DNA from: Gonapodya sp. JEL0774
Lineage: Eukaryota
Direction of reading: 5' to 3'
DNA length: 64,000 nt
Assembly (NCBI GenBank): GCA_027604505.1
Contig: JADIIX010000010.1
Span: 62,001 to 126,000, forward strand
The position numbers and the translations under genes are program-made. Every line of letters begins with the position of its first letter. Position 1 is the stretch's first letter. Shown here one piece after another: positions 1-12,256 of this stretch. The notes beneath the pieces were generated by a model that ran no database searches, had not been told where the DNA came from, and saw only the letters and a program-made list of their open reading frames with translations.

Positions 1-1678
1 GGTGTCCGACTTGCAAAAGTTGGCGTGAGAGAATTCGTGCTAAGTGAGGCGGAACGTCAAGAGGCGGAAGCGAGCGTTGCAAGCATCGGCGGCGGCGTTG
101 GAAGGTCTGGTGAAGAACTGGTATCGGATGTTGAGCTTGAGCATCCACATGAAGGAGGCGGTGGTGGTGGTGATACTGAAGGGGAGATGGCCGATGGGGA
201 GGCGGAACCGGATGATGACGACGGAGAAATTGGCGGTGCATCCGAGTTAGAAGTCGGTCCGAGTGGTATATATCGTGATGTGGGGGGTGACGCGACTGGT
301 GTTGATGGTTTCGGACTTGAAGAAGATAGTGAACTGGACGACCATCACTTGTTGGAATCTTCCGCCACTGCTTCCCATCGACCAGGCCGTCATGCCTTCT
401 CATCCACAGATCATACTCAAGCGGCCCTCGGCTTGCTCTCTGCAGTCCGGTCTTCTGGGTCACCAACACTCTCTCCCTCAGTAGCACAGATCACCCGCCC
501 TGTTCTTGTTTCGACGATAACACGTGTGCAGGTACCCTGCGTGACACCCAAGGAGAGAAATGAGCTGGAGAAGGTGTGCGTTGAGGAGATGGGCGTTTCG
601 GAGGAAGCGATGGTGGAGAACGGAGGGAGAGGTGTGGCTATGGTGGGCTTGCAAGTTTTGGGTGTCAACGGAGCGAAGGGTGCAAGTGTGGGCGCCACTG
701 TGGTTTTGGTGAGTAGGTCGACTTCAAGGCGCTGGAGCGTGTTGGTTATTTTTGCTGTCTTTACATTTTTACTATCCTCATCATTGCGCCTAACCAATGC
801 GTCAGGCCGGTAATCATCGCGCTGCTGCTCATGCTGTATGTGCAGCGAGGCACATGTGTAACCAGGAAAAGAATGTAATGGTGTTCGTGGTTGGGAGGGA
901 GGACGAGATGGTGCCGGTGAGTCTTCTAGTCGACTTTTCGGTGCTACGGATGCGTCTTCTGGTGTAACGGAACAGCCATTATACTTTCTTGAACCTCAAT
1001 GTTTAGCCCGTCTCACTGCAACTCCGTTCCTATCTTGCCACCCTCAACCCGCTTACTCGGCACAAATCCGACCTTCCTGTCCGCCCCGCCTTAATAATCG
1101 ACGCACTCCTTCCCAGCAGTGCCTCGGAACTCCGCAAAGTCCGAACTGAGGACCGTGTGCTATGTATGGAGGTGGTGGAGTGGGCGAAATCGCAACAAGA
1201 GTTGGGTGCGTGTTTGGTGTGTTTGGAATGTCCAAGCGGGATGGAGGGAGAAACCGGTGGGTGGCTATTATACACTTTGATCAATGAGAAGAGGTATACA
1301 GCTTCTCGCAAATTCTTGTTCTGGACAGGTTTGTCGTCGTCGCCTTCTTTCCCTTCCATCATTCCCCGCTATACCCTTGCTCTTGGGCTCCCTCTTACAG
1401 CTTTATCACGCGCTGCGGTTGGTTTGTTAGGTGACGTCCTAGTAGTTTACCTGGGAGTTCCTGTGATAGCAGTTGGAAAAGTCGCCAGAGGATCGTGGGC
1501 AAATCCATTTGGGGGAAAGTTTGTTGCCGGGATGGAGAGGGTGGCAAGTGAAGTCGGGGTGACAGGAACTGGTAAGGAGGGTCCGCAAGAGAAGGACAGA
1601 CAACGAGTGACGGCAGAATCGCGCGGAGCGAAGAGGAGGGGTAAGAAGGGAGAGAAGAGTGCAAGTGTGGATATGTGA
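1..1678 (+). CDS. EDC3: Enhancer of mRNA decapping 3 (C-terminal YjeF_N domain), 5'-partial, spliced
   Basis: YjeF_N motifs ELEKVCVEEMGVSEEAMVENGGRGVA, then after intron 709-805 AGNHRAAAHAVCAARHMCN, LIIDALL and TLALGLP. An acidic low-complexity linker precedes them. Confidence 0.75.
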
Positions 1679-1900
1679 GGTGAGAGGACGAGCGCAGACG
1701 GATCTAGTTGTCTTTCAGAGGTATCCAACAGATCAGTTGGCCACAGTATGAGTGTGTATATACCATATCATTGAACATTGCGCAAGGAGTGTCTGTCAGC
1801 TGTGTCTGATTTTGTTGCGTAAATATATTATTGTTTGTGAATCACGCCAAGGCGGGAAATTGGTCGCCACGGACGGGTAAATCATACCTCCGGTGGTTTA

Positions 1901-1973
1901 GTGTGTGTTTCGAGAGTCGTGTGTGTGTTTCGAGATCATGTGGGGGAGCCTTAAAGCACCCTCAAGCACCCTC
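1901..1973. repeat. Two short direct-repeat pairs upstream of the GST start
   Basis: GTGTGTGTTTCGAGA at 1901-1915 and 1921-1935; AAGCACCCTC twice in tandem at 1954-1973. Confidence 0.8.
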
Positions 1974-2068
1974 ACGCATTTCCTTCACATTCCATTGAGC
2001 CAACAAAGTTGATTCCATCAAAATTCAACTCCATCTATCGCTAGTTCTCTAATCTGGGACTCCACGCC

Positions 2069-2938
2069 ATGGCACCAAAGCTTACATACTACTTCTCAAT
2101 TGGTTCGTGTTCCGGCGCCGGCTACATGGCACTGAAGGTCGCCAAGATTCCATTCACCGGTACGTACTATAGAATTTGAAGTCCTGTTTTGCATGTGAAG
2201 TCAATTGAACTCCTGGATCGCGATTGCGCAGGCATTCGCATGGACACCAAGACTCACAAGATTGTTGAAACGGGCGAGGACTACTATGCCGTAGCTCCAA
2301 AGGGGGCAGTTCCCGCTATGCTGGTTGATGGCGAGTTACTGACCGAAAACGCCGCTGTGTTGCAAGTGAGTCCGCACATTTATGGTGCCTTCGCTTCTGC
2401 ATTTGGAGTTGAGGATCATCCTCATGTTATGGGCCTCACCATTTTGAAATCGTTAGTACATCGCCGACCTGGCCCCGGAAGCCAACCTTATTCCCCCGGC
2501 CGGTACATTTGCGCGCTACAGAGTCCAGGAAGCCCTCTCGGAAGTCGGTGTTGATTTACACAAAGCTGCCTTTGGTCCTCTGTTCAACCCCGCCCTTCAG
2601 GGCGAGGCAAGAGAGCAGCAGGTCGCCAGGGCGCACACCATTTTGAAGAGATTTGACAAGAAGCTTGGAGCAAGCAAATTCCTCACTGGTGACGCCGTGA
2701 CCGTCGCGGGTGAGTCTCCAAGTTCCACCATCCTTCTTGTTCACTGAATTAATCTCCCTTTCGTATTCTAACTCACTCCTAAGACTTTTATGCCGCTGTT
2801 TGCTTTGGCTGGAACAACTTCCTTGGCATCAGCTACGCTGAATACCCCAACATCACTCGTTTTCAAAGCGACTTCGCTGCTCTGCCGGGCATCGCAGAGG
2901 CCAAGGCAGAGTGGCTTGCAGGAGGAGTAAAGGCATAA
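2069..2938 (+). CDS. Glutathione S-transferase, beta-class-like, 4 exons (2069-2159, 2232-2365, 2457-2709, 2784-2938), 210 aa
   Basis: Spliced product reads MAPKLTYYFSIGSCSGAG...[38 protein letters not shown]...DLHKAAFGPLFNP...FLTGDAVTVADFY. All three introns are GT-AG and keep the frame. Confidence 0.93.
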
Positions 2939-3992
2939 GGGATTTTGTGTGCCAAGAATGCTGTACTCCTGGGACATAATGGCAGAACTAAGAGACTTGT
3001 AGTGCACCGGAAAAAATAAAAAGCATTGATATACTCGTCAAATTCTGGCAAGTCCCAAGGATTTTGCGTAAAGTTTCAACCCTGATGAGGGAGGCTCTGC
3101 ATGATCTGCTCCACAATAAATCAAAGTATTGTTTATAATAGCTTCACTCTTGAAATGGTAATTCTACTATTAGTCTCAAAAAAGCAAGCAATAATATCCG
3201 CCGGTGAATCAAGTTCCAGTTCTGAGGATATAGCCTGCACTGGCATTGGTGTTGTGTTTGTCCAGTGCACTAAACTCTGCCGACCGAACCTGAACTGTGA
3301 GAGTTCACTCCCTGTAGGACAACGAGTGCGTGGGTGATCGGGAAGAGATAATTAAAGTGGCGAGCGAAAACACTCAATCTTGAGGACAGGAGACGAAATT
3401 GTAGCAGGTTGGACAGTTCAGGTGAGTTCCAACGGTACCTGCGCGATGCATAAACCGAGCAGGCTTAAGGAGAAACTGCAAGCAGTGATTCGGAGAAACC
3501 GTAGAGGAGAAAGGAGGAAAGAAGTGGCATCGCGGTTGGGAGCGAAAGTTTTGGATTGATTGCGACCAGTTGATTCGACTCACGCAGTGTTGCAGCGATG
3601 CAAGGCCGTAAGGGCTTTGGGTGACAACGGACGTGGAGATAAGCCCGGGAGCATAGCTTGATTCACATCGTCGGGATCGAGTAGGCATCAAGAGCAAACG
3701 AAGGAAAGAACAACACAACCCAACAGAAGGGTGTTTAACCTCGGACCTTTGTTGCATTTACGGACATTATTGATTCAAGGGTGGAACAAATCATGAGTGG
3801 GTAGAGAATAGTCGCAGCAGCCGGGAGCCAACGTCAATTGTCCTCCGTCATGGATGTTGGTTGTGATGTTGAGTGATAATTGAGAGCAGAGAAACCCATG
3901 AGTACGAGTGTTCTGATATTTTGGCGCCTGTCTCTAGCTGTCTCTCGTTTAGAAGCGCAAAAGAATCCTTCCGCGTTCCCCCCACTCCCTAC

Positions 3993-6900
3993 ATGAATCT
4001 CCAACACTTTTTTGCCCAACATGCCCCGCAGGCCAACTTAGCCAACAATAACGTCAACTACCTTGCAAACCCGCTTGTTTCTTTGCCCTCTTCACTCGCT
4101 CCCTCCCCTCCCGCCGTCTCGTCCATGGATGCCTGGCAGCCCACCTCTGACAACACACTCACGAGTGGTCAACCAACACTTTCGGCATTCCCCCTCAATT
4201 GGAATGGCTCAACTCAAATCAACGGGACCGGCGGTGCATCCTCTTTCTCGTCTGCCGTTAACACCGCAGTCAATGGGACGTCGACCGGAGCCCCAATTCT
4301 TCCCAACTTCCACTCCCACGCTGCAGCTACACTACAAAAGATCCGCCTTCTTGACGCTCGGCTGAAACTGTTGCCGCCCACTTCCGAAGCTAAAAAGGCC
4401 GAGCAAATACGACGAGCCCAGATGGATCCTCCCACTTACCTCAAAACGTTTTCCCTCGAAGACGCAACAGCTGAAGAGATTGTCGCCGCTGGTGCGCTCC
4501 TTAGAAGAGAGCTCGCCACCATTGCCGCTCAAGCAAAGGTGGCAAAGAGACATTTCCCTGAGGTCCAGGGTGGAACTAGAGGCTATGCCAACCTCGGTGC
4601 CCCTGGCGCGTTTGAAACTGGTACCAATTCCACGGGTCTCCTAACTGTTGGTAGCAGCCCCTCAAACGCTGCTTCTCCTGCCGCATCGACCCCTTCCGAA
4701 CCAACACTAAATGGCCACACACCCCAATCCACCCTTAATGCTCTCCTCGCTCGACATGCTCAAGCCGCTCAAGCTGCCACGTCGGGATTCAGTTCATCCA
4801 CGGTGCCAGCCATCCCATCAGGCCTCCCTGGTCTCGGTTTGCCAACATCTTACCCGCTTGTCACGCCGCTCACTGCCCCTTCTCCACTCTCCACCTCTTC
4901 TTCCGCTACGTCACCGCGCTCTATCACTAACGTCACGCCCACTCAAACTACAGCTACTCCCCCACCTATTTCTTCTGCATCGCCATTTCCCATCGTCACC
5001 GACGGACAACCCTCCTCAGCTTCGCAGCTTTCGTCCCACATGGGGTTTGCATCACTAACTCACCAACAGATATCACAACCTTTAGGGATCGCATCTAACG
5101 CAGCTCCAGCTCCAGCTCCTGCACCCCCTCCTCCCTATGTATCACCGGTGAACAACGCGTCTCCAACCAACGACGGACCGTCACAGCCGGCCCCAAAACG
5201 CAGAAAGGGGACTGGCGCAAGCACATCTAGCGCTGCTCCCGCTCGCACCCCGCCCACCACCCAGATACCGTCTCAACCTCCGACATCGAGTCCTGTCTCA
5301 GTCACCTCGCCTGTACCCCCGGGTGCTGCACCAGATGGAAAAGGCGGTGCGGTGGCTCTGATTGCAGGTGCTGTATATGTACCGACGATCAGCCATGGGG
5401 CTGTGCAACAGGTGAGGGAAGTGGTATTTCAATGAAGTGTGGGAAATCGTTGAATGCCGAGGGAGATTCTCAAATGCAATACTCCTTCTCCCTCTCCTAT
5501 ATAAAACTCCCAACCACCTTATTTTCCGTTCAGGTGCTAGACCTCAACAGTCGTCTTCTCCGTGTCCTTCGCGCCTACCAGCGTCGCGGGTGGACAGATG
5601 ACCCGGACTACCTCGTGAACCAAAAAAGATTACAAAGTAATTTGGCATATTTGGCAGCAGCAGCAGACTGGTTCTTCGCAGAGAAGGGGCAGGCGGGCAA
5701 GGTATGTACTTCTTACAAGCCGTGAGTCAGTAAAGATGCGTTCGGACTGAGTGCTCCGACGCTCGTGCTATCTTCTCGTGGGTGACCACCCGTTTAGCCC
5801 TCTCCCGCACAAAAAATTCCACCTCCTTCTGCCGCCAGCGCCCCGGATCTCGGCCCTGTACGTCAAACCCGCTTGATCCGTGCGGGTTCGGAGGCTGTTG
5901 GACTCGTTGCCGTTGCATTAGCTGAGGCTGAGAGTGCTGCAGGGCGAGCCGGACAATCCGGGATAGCAGGGGTCCCTGCGCAGGCGGAGATTGCGGTGCG
6001 TCCGGACAAGGGAAAGGGAAAAGGAAAAGGCAAACTGGGTGGTGGCAATTCGTCATTGGCAGCATCATTGGAAGCTGGGGCAGCGGGCATAACTTCGACA
6101 TCATCGGGAGCCCCTGTGGCAGCAACTGCTTTGGGCGGCCAGGCACAAGCCACAACCCAATCACAGCAAGCACCGACTCCTGCAGCGGTATTGCAAATGA
6201 AAATGCAACTGCATAGGTTGATGTCGGCAAAGGGCGCGGCCGCAGCGACTGGGACTAACCTTGGTGGTGGTGCGGCAGCAGTTGTTGCTGGTGGTGCGGG
6301 CACAGGTGGCAGGCAGGGATCATCCTCTGCTGTTGTTGGCGCTCATTCGCCGCCTACCATGAACTCTTTCGCCGGAATGGCGCAAGCAGTCCAGGCGCAA
6401 GTGCAAGCACAAGCACAGGCTCAGGCATTAAAGGCACAGGCACAAGCACAGGCACAGCTGCGCGCAGCAACCACCAGTGGAATTAACTCGACGTCGTCAC
6501 CGTTCCTCAGCAGTGTGAGTGGCGCATCATTGCCGGCGGGATTGATCGGTGCCCTTGGTGGAGAAGGTCAGGGCGCAGTAGGGTTTGCTGAGCTGGGTTT
6601 GCCAAGGAGCACGATGGTTACAGGACAAACGTTAGGACAAGAACAGCCATTTGCAACATCCGCGTCGGGCGATACGGCCGGCACAAGCATGGGTGCATCG
6701 TTCAAAGTTGCAGACCCAACCCTTCCTTCAAATGAGCTTAATTTTGAGGATATTTTCGGTTTTGAGGATGACGAGGGCGATTCAAAGCAAGACGATGGCC
6801 TTTTGTCTCTTGACGATCTCTTTGGTGGAGATGGTTTAGATGGGAGTTTGAACGGGTCCTCGATTGCTCCACCTCCTATGCCGGCTAAAAACAATAGCAG

Positions 6901-7417
6901 TACCGTGCCGGCTGGTTCCGGACCTTCGGGGAGGTCTGCGGCGCCTCCAACAATCCCAACATCTACTGCTGCAATATACGCGGCGCTTCCGGAACCCCAC
7001 TTCGTGGCGGACCCCAACACCTTAATTCCAGGCTCTCACCAAGGGCCTTCGACGTATATACCAGTACCACCCTTCGCGCTCCCTGATGGTGCTCCAAGGC
7101 CTCCGTCCATTGCGGCGCATGAGCCTGCTTTTCTTCGTGGTATCAGCCGAGAACTCGCCGCTGAGCGAATCAAGGAGCGCCATGCAGAAGAAAGTCGAGG
7201 ACCTGCTGGAACCAGAGCCGAAACTGCGAGTGCTAGAACACCGAATAAGATTGAGTTGAATGTTGAGGCTGAGACAGAGAAGCCTCCAGTAGACGGCCAA
7301 CATTTCAGCACGGAAATGCTGATAGAGGAAGACGAACAGGCGACCAATGATTTCTTGGACGGATTGCTGGATTTTTCGGCCATGGACGACGACGGAATGT
7401 CGAGTTGGGCTGTTTGA
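3993..7417 (+). CDS. Large low-complexity protein with an SSXT (SS18/GIF N-terminal) domain; putative SWI/SNF-associated coactivator. Exons 3993-5411, 5534-5701, 5798-7417
   Basis: Spliced segment ISHGAVQQVLDLNSRLLRVLRAYQRRGW...NQKRLQSNLAYLAAAAD fits the SSXT pattern (IQ..LDEN..LI..I...Q......Q..L..NL.YLA..AD). Flanks are P/S/A-rich with AQ repeats and an acidic C-terminus. Confidence 0.75.
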
Positions 7418-7873
7418 GTGCGAAACACCTGAGAAGAGCAATCCTGATCATAGTGAAAGCCATCCGTGACGTCGATATGGAATTTTGCGCTGGTCCATGT
7501 GTCCCATTGTAGGATGATTTTACGAGTATTGCAAGCATCACTTTGCTGTTCTCCCGTTTCGTCCACGTGGATGTGTATAAATTGATGGCTACCGAACATT
7601 TTTTTGTCACTATACTTTCTCTTTCAGTTACTTTGTTGGTGCCGATTTTCTGAGATTCGAGTGTTACATAATGAATTAGTTTCAGCCAAACTGCACCCGA
7701 TCTGCCATAAAACCTGCTAAAATGGGAAGACGAGAGGATGCTTTTCTTCACATTCGTGTGGCTTGTTTTTCGTTCACTTGCAGAAATAACACAAAAGTCA
7801 AAAAAAAATACACCCATAATCAATCTATTTCTTTCCTGTCGTACTAAGACCAGAGTTGAAAAAGATCGCTGTG

Positions 7874-8701
7874 TTAGTTTCGGTTGCGTCCGTGCGTTCT
7901 CGAATCGGCTCGTAATACTGACGCCTTTTTTGACCCAGCAGCAGAGAAGGACTTCCCTGCAAATTTCGTTATGTCAGCCTCCACGCGTGGGTGGTTAAAG
8001 CGGGAGTACGAAGATCGGGAAAGCTGGTGGTTTCGGTCACGGAATAGCGAACGTTTGCCGTCGTGCGTTCAAAGTGTTTGTGTGACGTGTGGTGGTGACA
8101 CGTACCAGTCCGCTTTTGTCCCATCCGTATCGCTGACTCTCCGTGACGGGAGCTGGGTACTTGTCACGAGGCAAAAGTGACTGCCGCTTGTGCCAGGCCA
8201 CATATTGGGCTGATCTCCCAATGAATGAAGGGGCTTGTGAATGACCACGATGTGAAGCTACCCGCCCATGACTGATCAAAACAAACCATCTTCAATATCA
8301 TCATCGTGCTTTTGTGCCTCTAACGTATCCCCGTCAATCAAGTCCTCTGTATTCCCGTCATCCGCGAAGGCGGGTGATTTTACCTGTGAGATTTCCCCCA
8401 AGGCTGATTGCGATGATTGCGAAGCAGAAGATGTTCGTGTAAGAAGGAGGTGTGGGTTGGTTGTTTGAGGCTTGGAAGTGATTACGAGGGCTGCGGAGGA
8501 GGAAGTAATAGATGTAACAACACTTCTTCGATAGCGAGGAGAGTTCCCACTTTTCATGATGCCCGGTCCCACGTTCCAAGTCTCGTGAAGCCTAAACGTT
8601 CTCATCTCCTTTTTAATGGTCTCTTCGAGTATTCGTTCATCTGTGAAGGACGACCTGCCCGCGGGGGCCTTTCCGTTTGGCGCAGCATTGTCTTTCGGCA
8701 T
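7874..8701 (-). CDS. CFAP144: FAM183/CFAP144 family ciliary protein, 4 exons
   Basis: Motifs ILEETIKKEMRTFRL, VITSKP, PRDKYPAPVTESQRYGWD and RFNHPRVEADITKF occur in the same order as the FAM183 conserved blocks. Introns are GT-AG; TAA stop at 7874-7876. Confidence 0.75.
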
Positions 8702-9229
8702 TGGAGGATGACTGGGACGGAGGACCGACAGGGGAGAAGTGGAATATGGTTATGTAGAGAAAGAGTGCGGAAATGGAATGCGTGATATGAGAAGGTTTTA
8801 TCGACTGAATACAGCTTGTGAGAAAGGCGAAGCATTGGTTGATCGGAGAGGCAATCTATGATCCACGGGTCTAACACACCTCTTGAACTGACCAGACGCC
8901 AAGATCGTCACGCTATAAGGTCGAAGGAAGCGAAGATAATCTTATTATAGTGAGTTGCCTTGTCTCTGTCGCTCTTCGTATGTAGACTTTCTCACCACTC
9001 GTTACATCCAAACTCCCTTGCACTCGACAAGACGAGGGTTGCATTGAACGTAGCAATACACGCGGTTGAATGCTTACCGAGCTGTTGATAAACGATCAAC
9101 TGATTTGGTGACCCACATTAGACGTGTCGAAAACCTGATTGATTGGAGTGCCATGCATCAGGATGGCCGCGCATCGAGCTTAATTTATTGAAAGATTCCA
9201 TATATCCGCATCCGCGATCCCTCCGAAAC

Positions 9230-10448
9230 TTAAACCTCCAGCACCCTGAACGTTATAGTCTCGCTAAACTTGACAAAACCCGCCTTCTCATAAACTCTCC
9301 ACGCTCCCGCCCCAGGATCGGCTAACAACATACACGCTTCCACATCTTGTTCCATGAATATTTTCCGCACAACGCTTGTGACGAGACGGTACGCGTAACC
9401 GCAATTACGATGAGCCGGAGGAGTATAAACGCTAGTGATACGCGGGATACTGGGAGATGTTGCCCGGTAGTAGTAAGCCATTGTGAGTGGGATGGGGACT
9501 GGCACATCTGAGGCCAAGCAATGTGGCAGCGTGGTCAACAGGTATTTATCCCATCACTTTCGCTGGTACTTAGTGTTGGACGACAGGAATCCAATCTTAC
9601 TCAACCAACCTTCTTCTCTGTACAAAACCATCCTCCCAACACGTTGATCTGCCATGATCCGGTCAAACTTCGCAGATGGGTCCGGGGGTGGCGGAACGCC
9701 TGTGTCTTTTAGGAACCCCAAATTCCAGTCTCGAAAGGTGGACATGTCCTCAGAACGTGGGGTGCGTGCCCCAGGGTCAATCGATGGATAGGTCTCTGGA
9801 AGATCCTACTGGTTTGCTGGTCAAGTAACACGATGGCTGCCGACCAGCTTGTGGGAGAAGACTTCGACCCACCCTGCTGATTCTATAGTTTACAAGGATC
9901 CTCGCTGAAGTCACTCCTTGGTCCTCCTTCAAAGCCGGGCATGCCCCTTTGAAAATCTCCACGTCCTCTTTGCTCATCCACATAAATTTCCCCACCAATA
10001 CCGACAGCCCTACTGAGTCCACCAACCCTTGCACCAGCACCGCAGCGGGCTCGGCTTTGAGAGGGTGTCCAATGAGGACCGGGGTATGCGGGAGGTGATT
10101 GACTACCGGCACCAGGGTGCCGTATTGAAGCAGGGGATGACGACGCGGTAAGTTATTTACACACGATGCAAGTAGTTGGATTGTCATGAATAATAAAGTG
10201 AGTCGGCACTGGGCGTGATATCATCGAATGCATTGCACCATTCAAGGATCTCACTCACCAATCACCGCCACGGCTGTCCCCGTCTCATCTACCACCGCTC
10301 CCATTAAGTCCGCCCCGTCTCTCTCCACGGCTTCCAAACCCAGCAAGGCATGGTTGTTTCTAACTGGGTCCCTTGACAAGAACGGCCGGACGAGGGAAAC
10401 AAAAGAAGGGGCAGATGATCGGGAAAAGTTCCGATATGTGAGGGACAT
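9230..10448 (-). CDS. GNAT family N-acetyltransferase (FR47-like C-terminal domain), spliced
   Basis: C-terminal RITSVYTPPAHRNCGYA (acetyl-CoA motif A) and RVYEKAGF; N-terminal FVSLVRPFLSRDPVRNN. Confidence 0.85.
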
Positions 10449-10787
10449 ACGACTTGCGAGGAAGTGAAAATTGATGTGCCTGACATATTCCTATTTATTG
10501 AGTCTTCGAGTTGGTTTTCGGGAGAGGGAAGTTCCGGCGGAGGCACAGTTGGACTCACGGATCTCCCCATTAACTGGAACTCGCCCAATGTTTCATTGTT
10601 GCTGCTTTCTATGCAGATCGAGTACGCTATTTGCTCCGGAGATCTTCAGCGGCCCACAGTTTTTACATGTTTGAATTAATTGTGGAAATGGTTGGAAGCT
10701 AAAATTATCGCCCCTCTTCATCTTCTTCCCTCCATCATCGTCTCCCGCCTTGCTTCTTCTCGTCTCTGAGTCCCACGATACCCAAAC

Positions 10788-12256
10788 TCACCACACACCA
10801 ACCCTCTCTCCAATCACTCCCACCAATCCCACAAGATCAAGTCGCACCAACCTGCCCCACACCGCTAGAACCAGGGACGGTGTGGTGGGTCGGTTTTGTT
10901 GGGATGGTGAGATTGTCCCGATCGCATTAGATGATCCCCCGGAGGGATGACGACGGTGCAGTGGAGACTGGCTTGGCGGGGAAGAAGAGGACGGGGACTG
11001 GATATGAGATATAGAATTGCCACGGGTTGGGCGACTGCGGGATCGGGGTCGGTTGCGAATCGGAATCGGGGTGGTACTGCTGCCCGTGTTTGTACGGGCG
11101 AGGTGTCCGTGACCCTGTGCTCGGGGGCTCCCGGTTGTGCTCACCGATGTGGGAGCATGTACAGAATCTACGTTGCCATCATCGGTCACCCCAGCCCTTC
11201 CTTGAGCCAATGGCGCTCTCGGTCCTCTCCCTGGTCCCGTCGCTGTAACCAGCCACTTCAGAATCGACACCATCACTCCAACTGCCCAAACCACTGCACC
11301 AACCACCAACTCTCTTCCCGTTCTTTCGTTTGATTGCCCACTTCCGAATCCTCCCCCATCTAACCAACGCCTCCTCTGCCCCCTTTGTTGCACCTCGGCC
11401 CTCCCCCTCTCCCTCTGTTCCTCCAGCGCCTCGCACTCCTTCGCCAGCCGAGCAGCCTTCAAGAGCAATTCTGTGTGTGTTTTGTGTAAATGTGTCACAG
11501 AAGTGGTGAGAGAGCGCGCAGTGGTGTGGAGGTTAGTAGTGTGGGAGTGCAGGGAGTGTAGGGCGGCGGTAGCGTTGTGGAGACGGGAGTGGAGCTGCGG
11601 GTGAGAATGGGCCACGTGTGAGTTTCACGGTGGAGGAGTTTGCGCGTGTGATAACCTACCTCTGCAACTTCCTTCTCCACTGCCTCAGCCAACTCTTGGA
11701 AGCTCTCTTGAACGGCCTGGACGGCCCTTTCGTGTGTTGCAAGAAGTCTGTCTTCTATTGTGTGGGTGAGAGTGAGGAAACGGGTTGTTGTGGTTGGTGG
11801 GGAGGTTGTTGTGTTGAGGTTTGTGAGAGACACGGAAGAGGGTGACGGGAGATTCAGGTTTGCGGAGGATGACGCAGGAAGCGAAGACATTAGTGGGTGC
11901 GGTTGGCTCATATATGTGGCCATAATTTGGACGATCTCAGGAGGTAAAGGAGGTAAGTCGGGCAAGAGGGTGAAAGTGATTGCATGGGGATCATGAGTGA
12001 GGGAGCGAAGGCGGGCGACGAGGCTTGTGAAGAGAGAAAGACATAAAGGACAATTTTCAGCGCATTAGACTCGAGTCAAATCAAGAATCGGGGAAACTGT
12101 TGCCCGTGGTCGGCAAACTCACTTTTGTTCGGAATACGGGGGTGGCAGTTCCGGGTGCGGCTCACGATTCTCATCATGAGGATTTTCGGCGGAGAGAGCT
12201 GCAGGAGGAGTGCTTGCCGGGTTGAGAGAGGAAGAAGGTTGGGCTGGAGAAAGCAT
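10788..12256 (-). CDS. Hypothetical protein with a coiled coil and a C-terminal hydrophobic segment, spliced
   Basis: ORFs 11495-11965 and 10788-11615 join through a GTAGGT...CCGCAG intron (EKEVAE|LHSRLHNA). A probable first exon from ATG 12256 contains PPPY and ends in GTGAGT. The start is uncertain. Confidence 0.6.
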
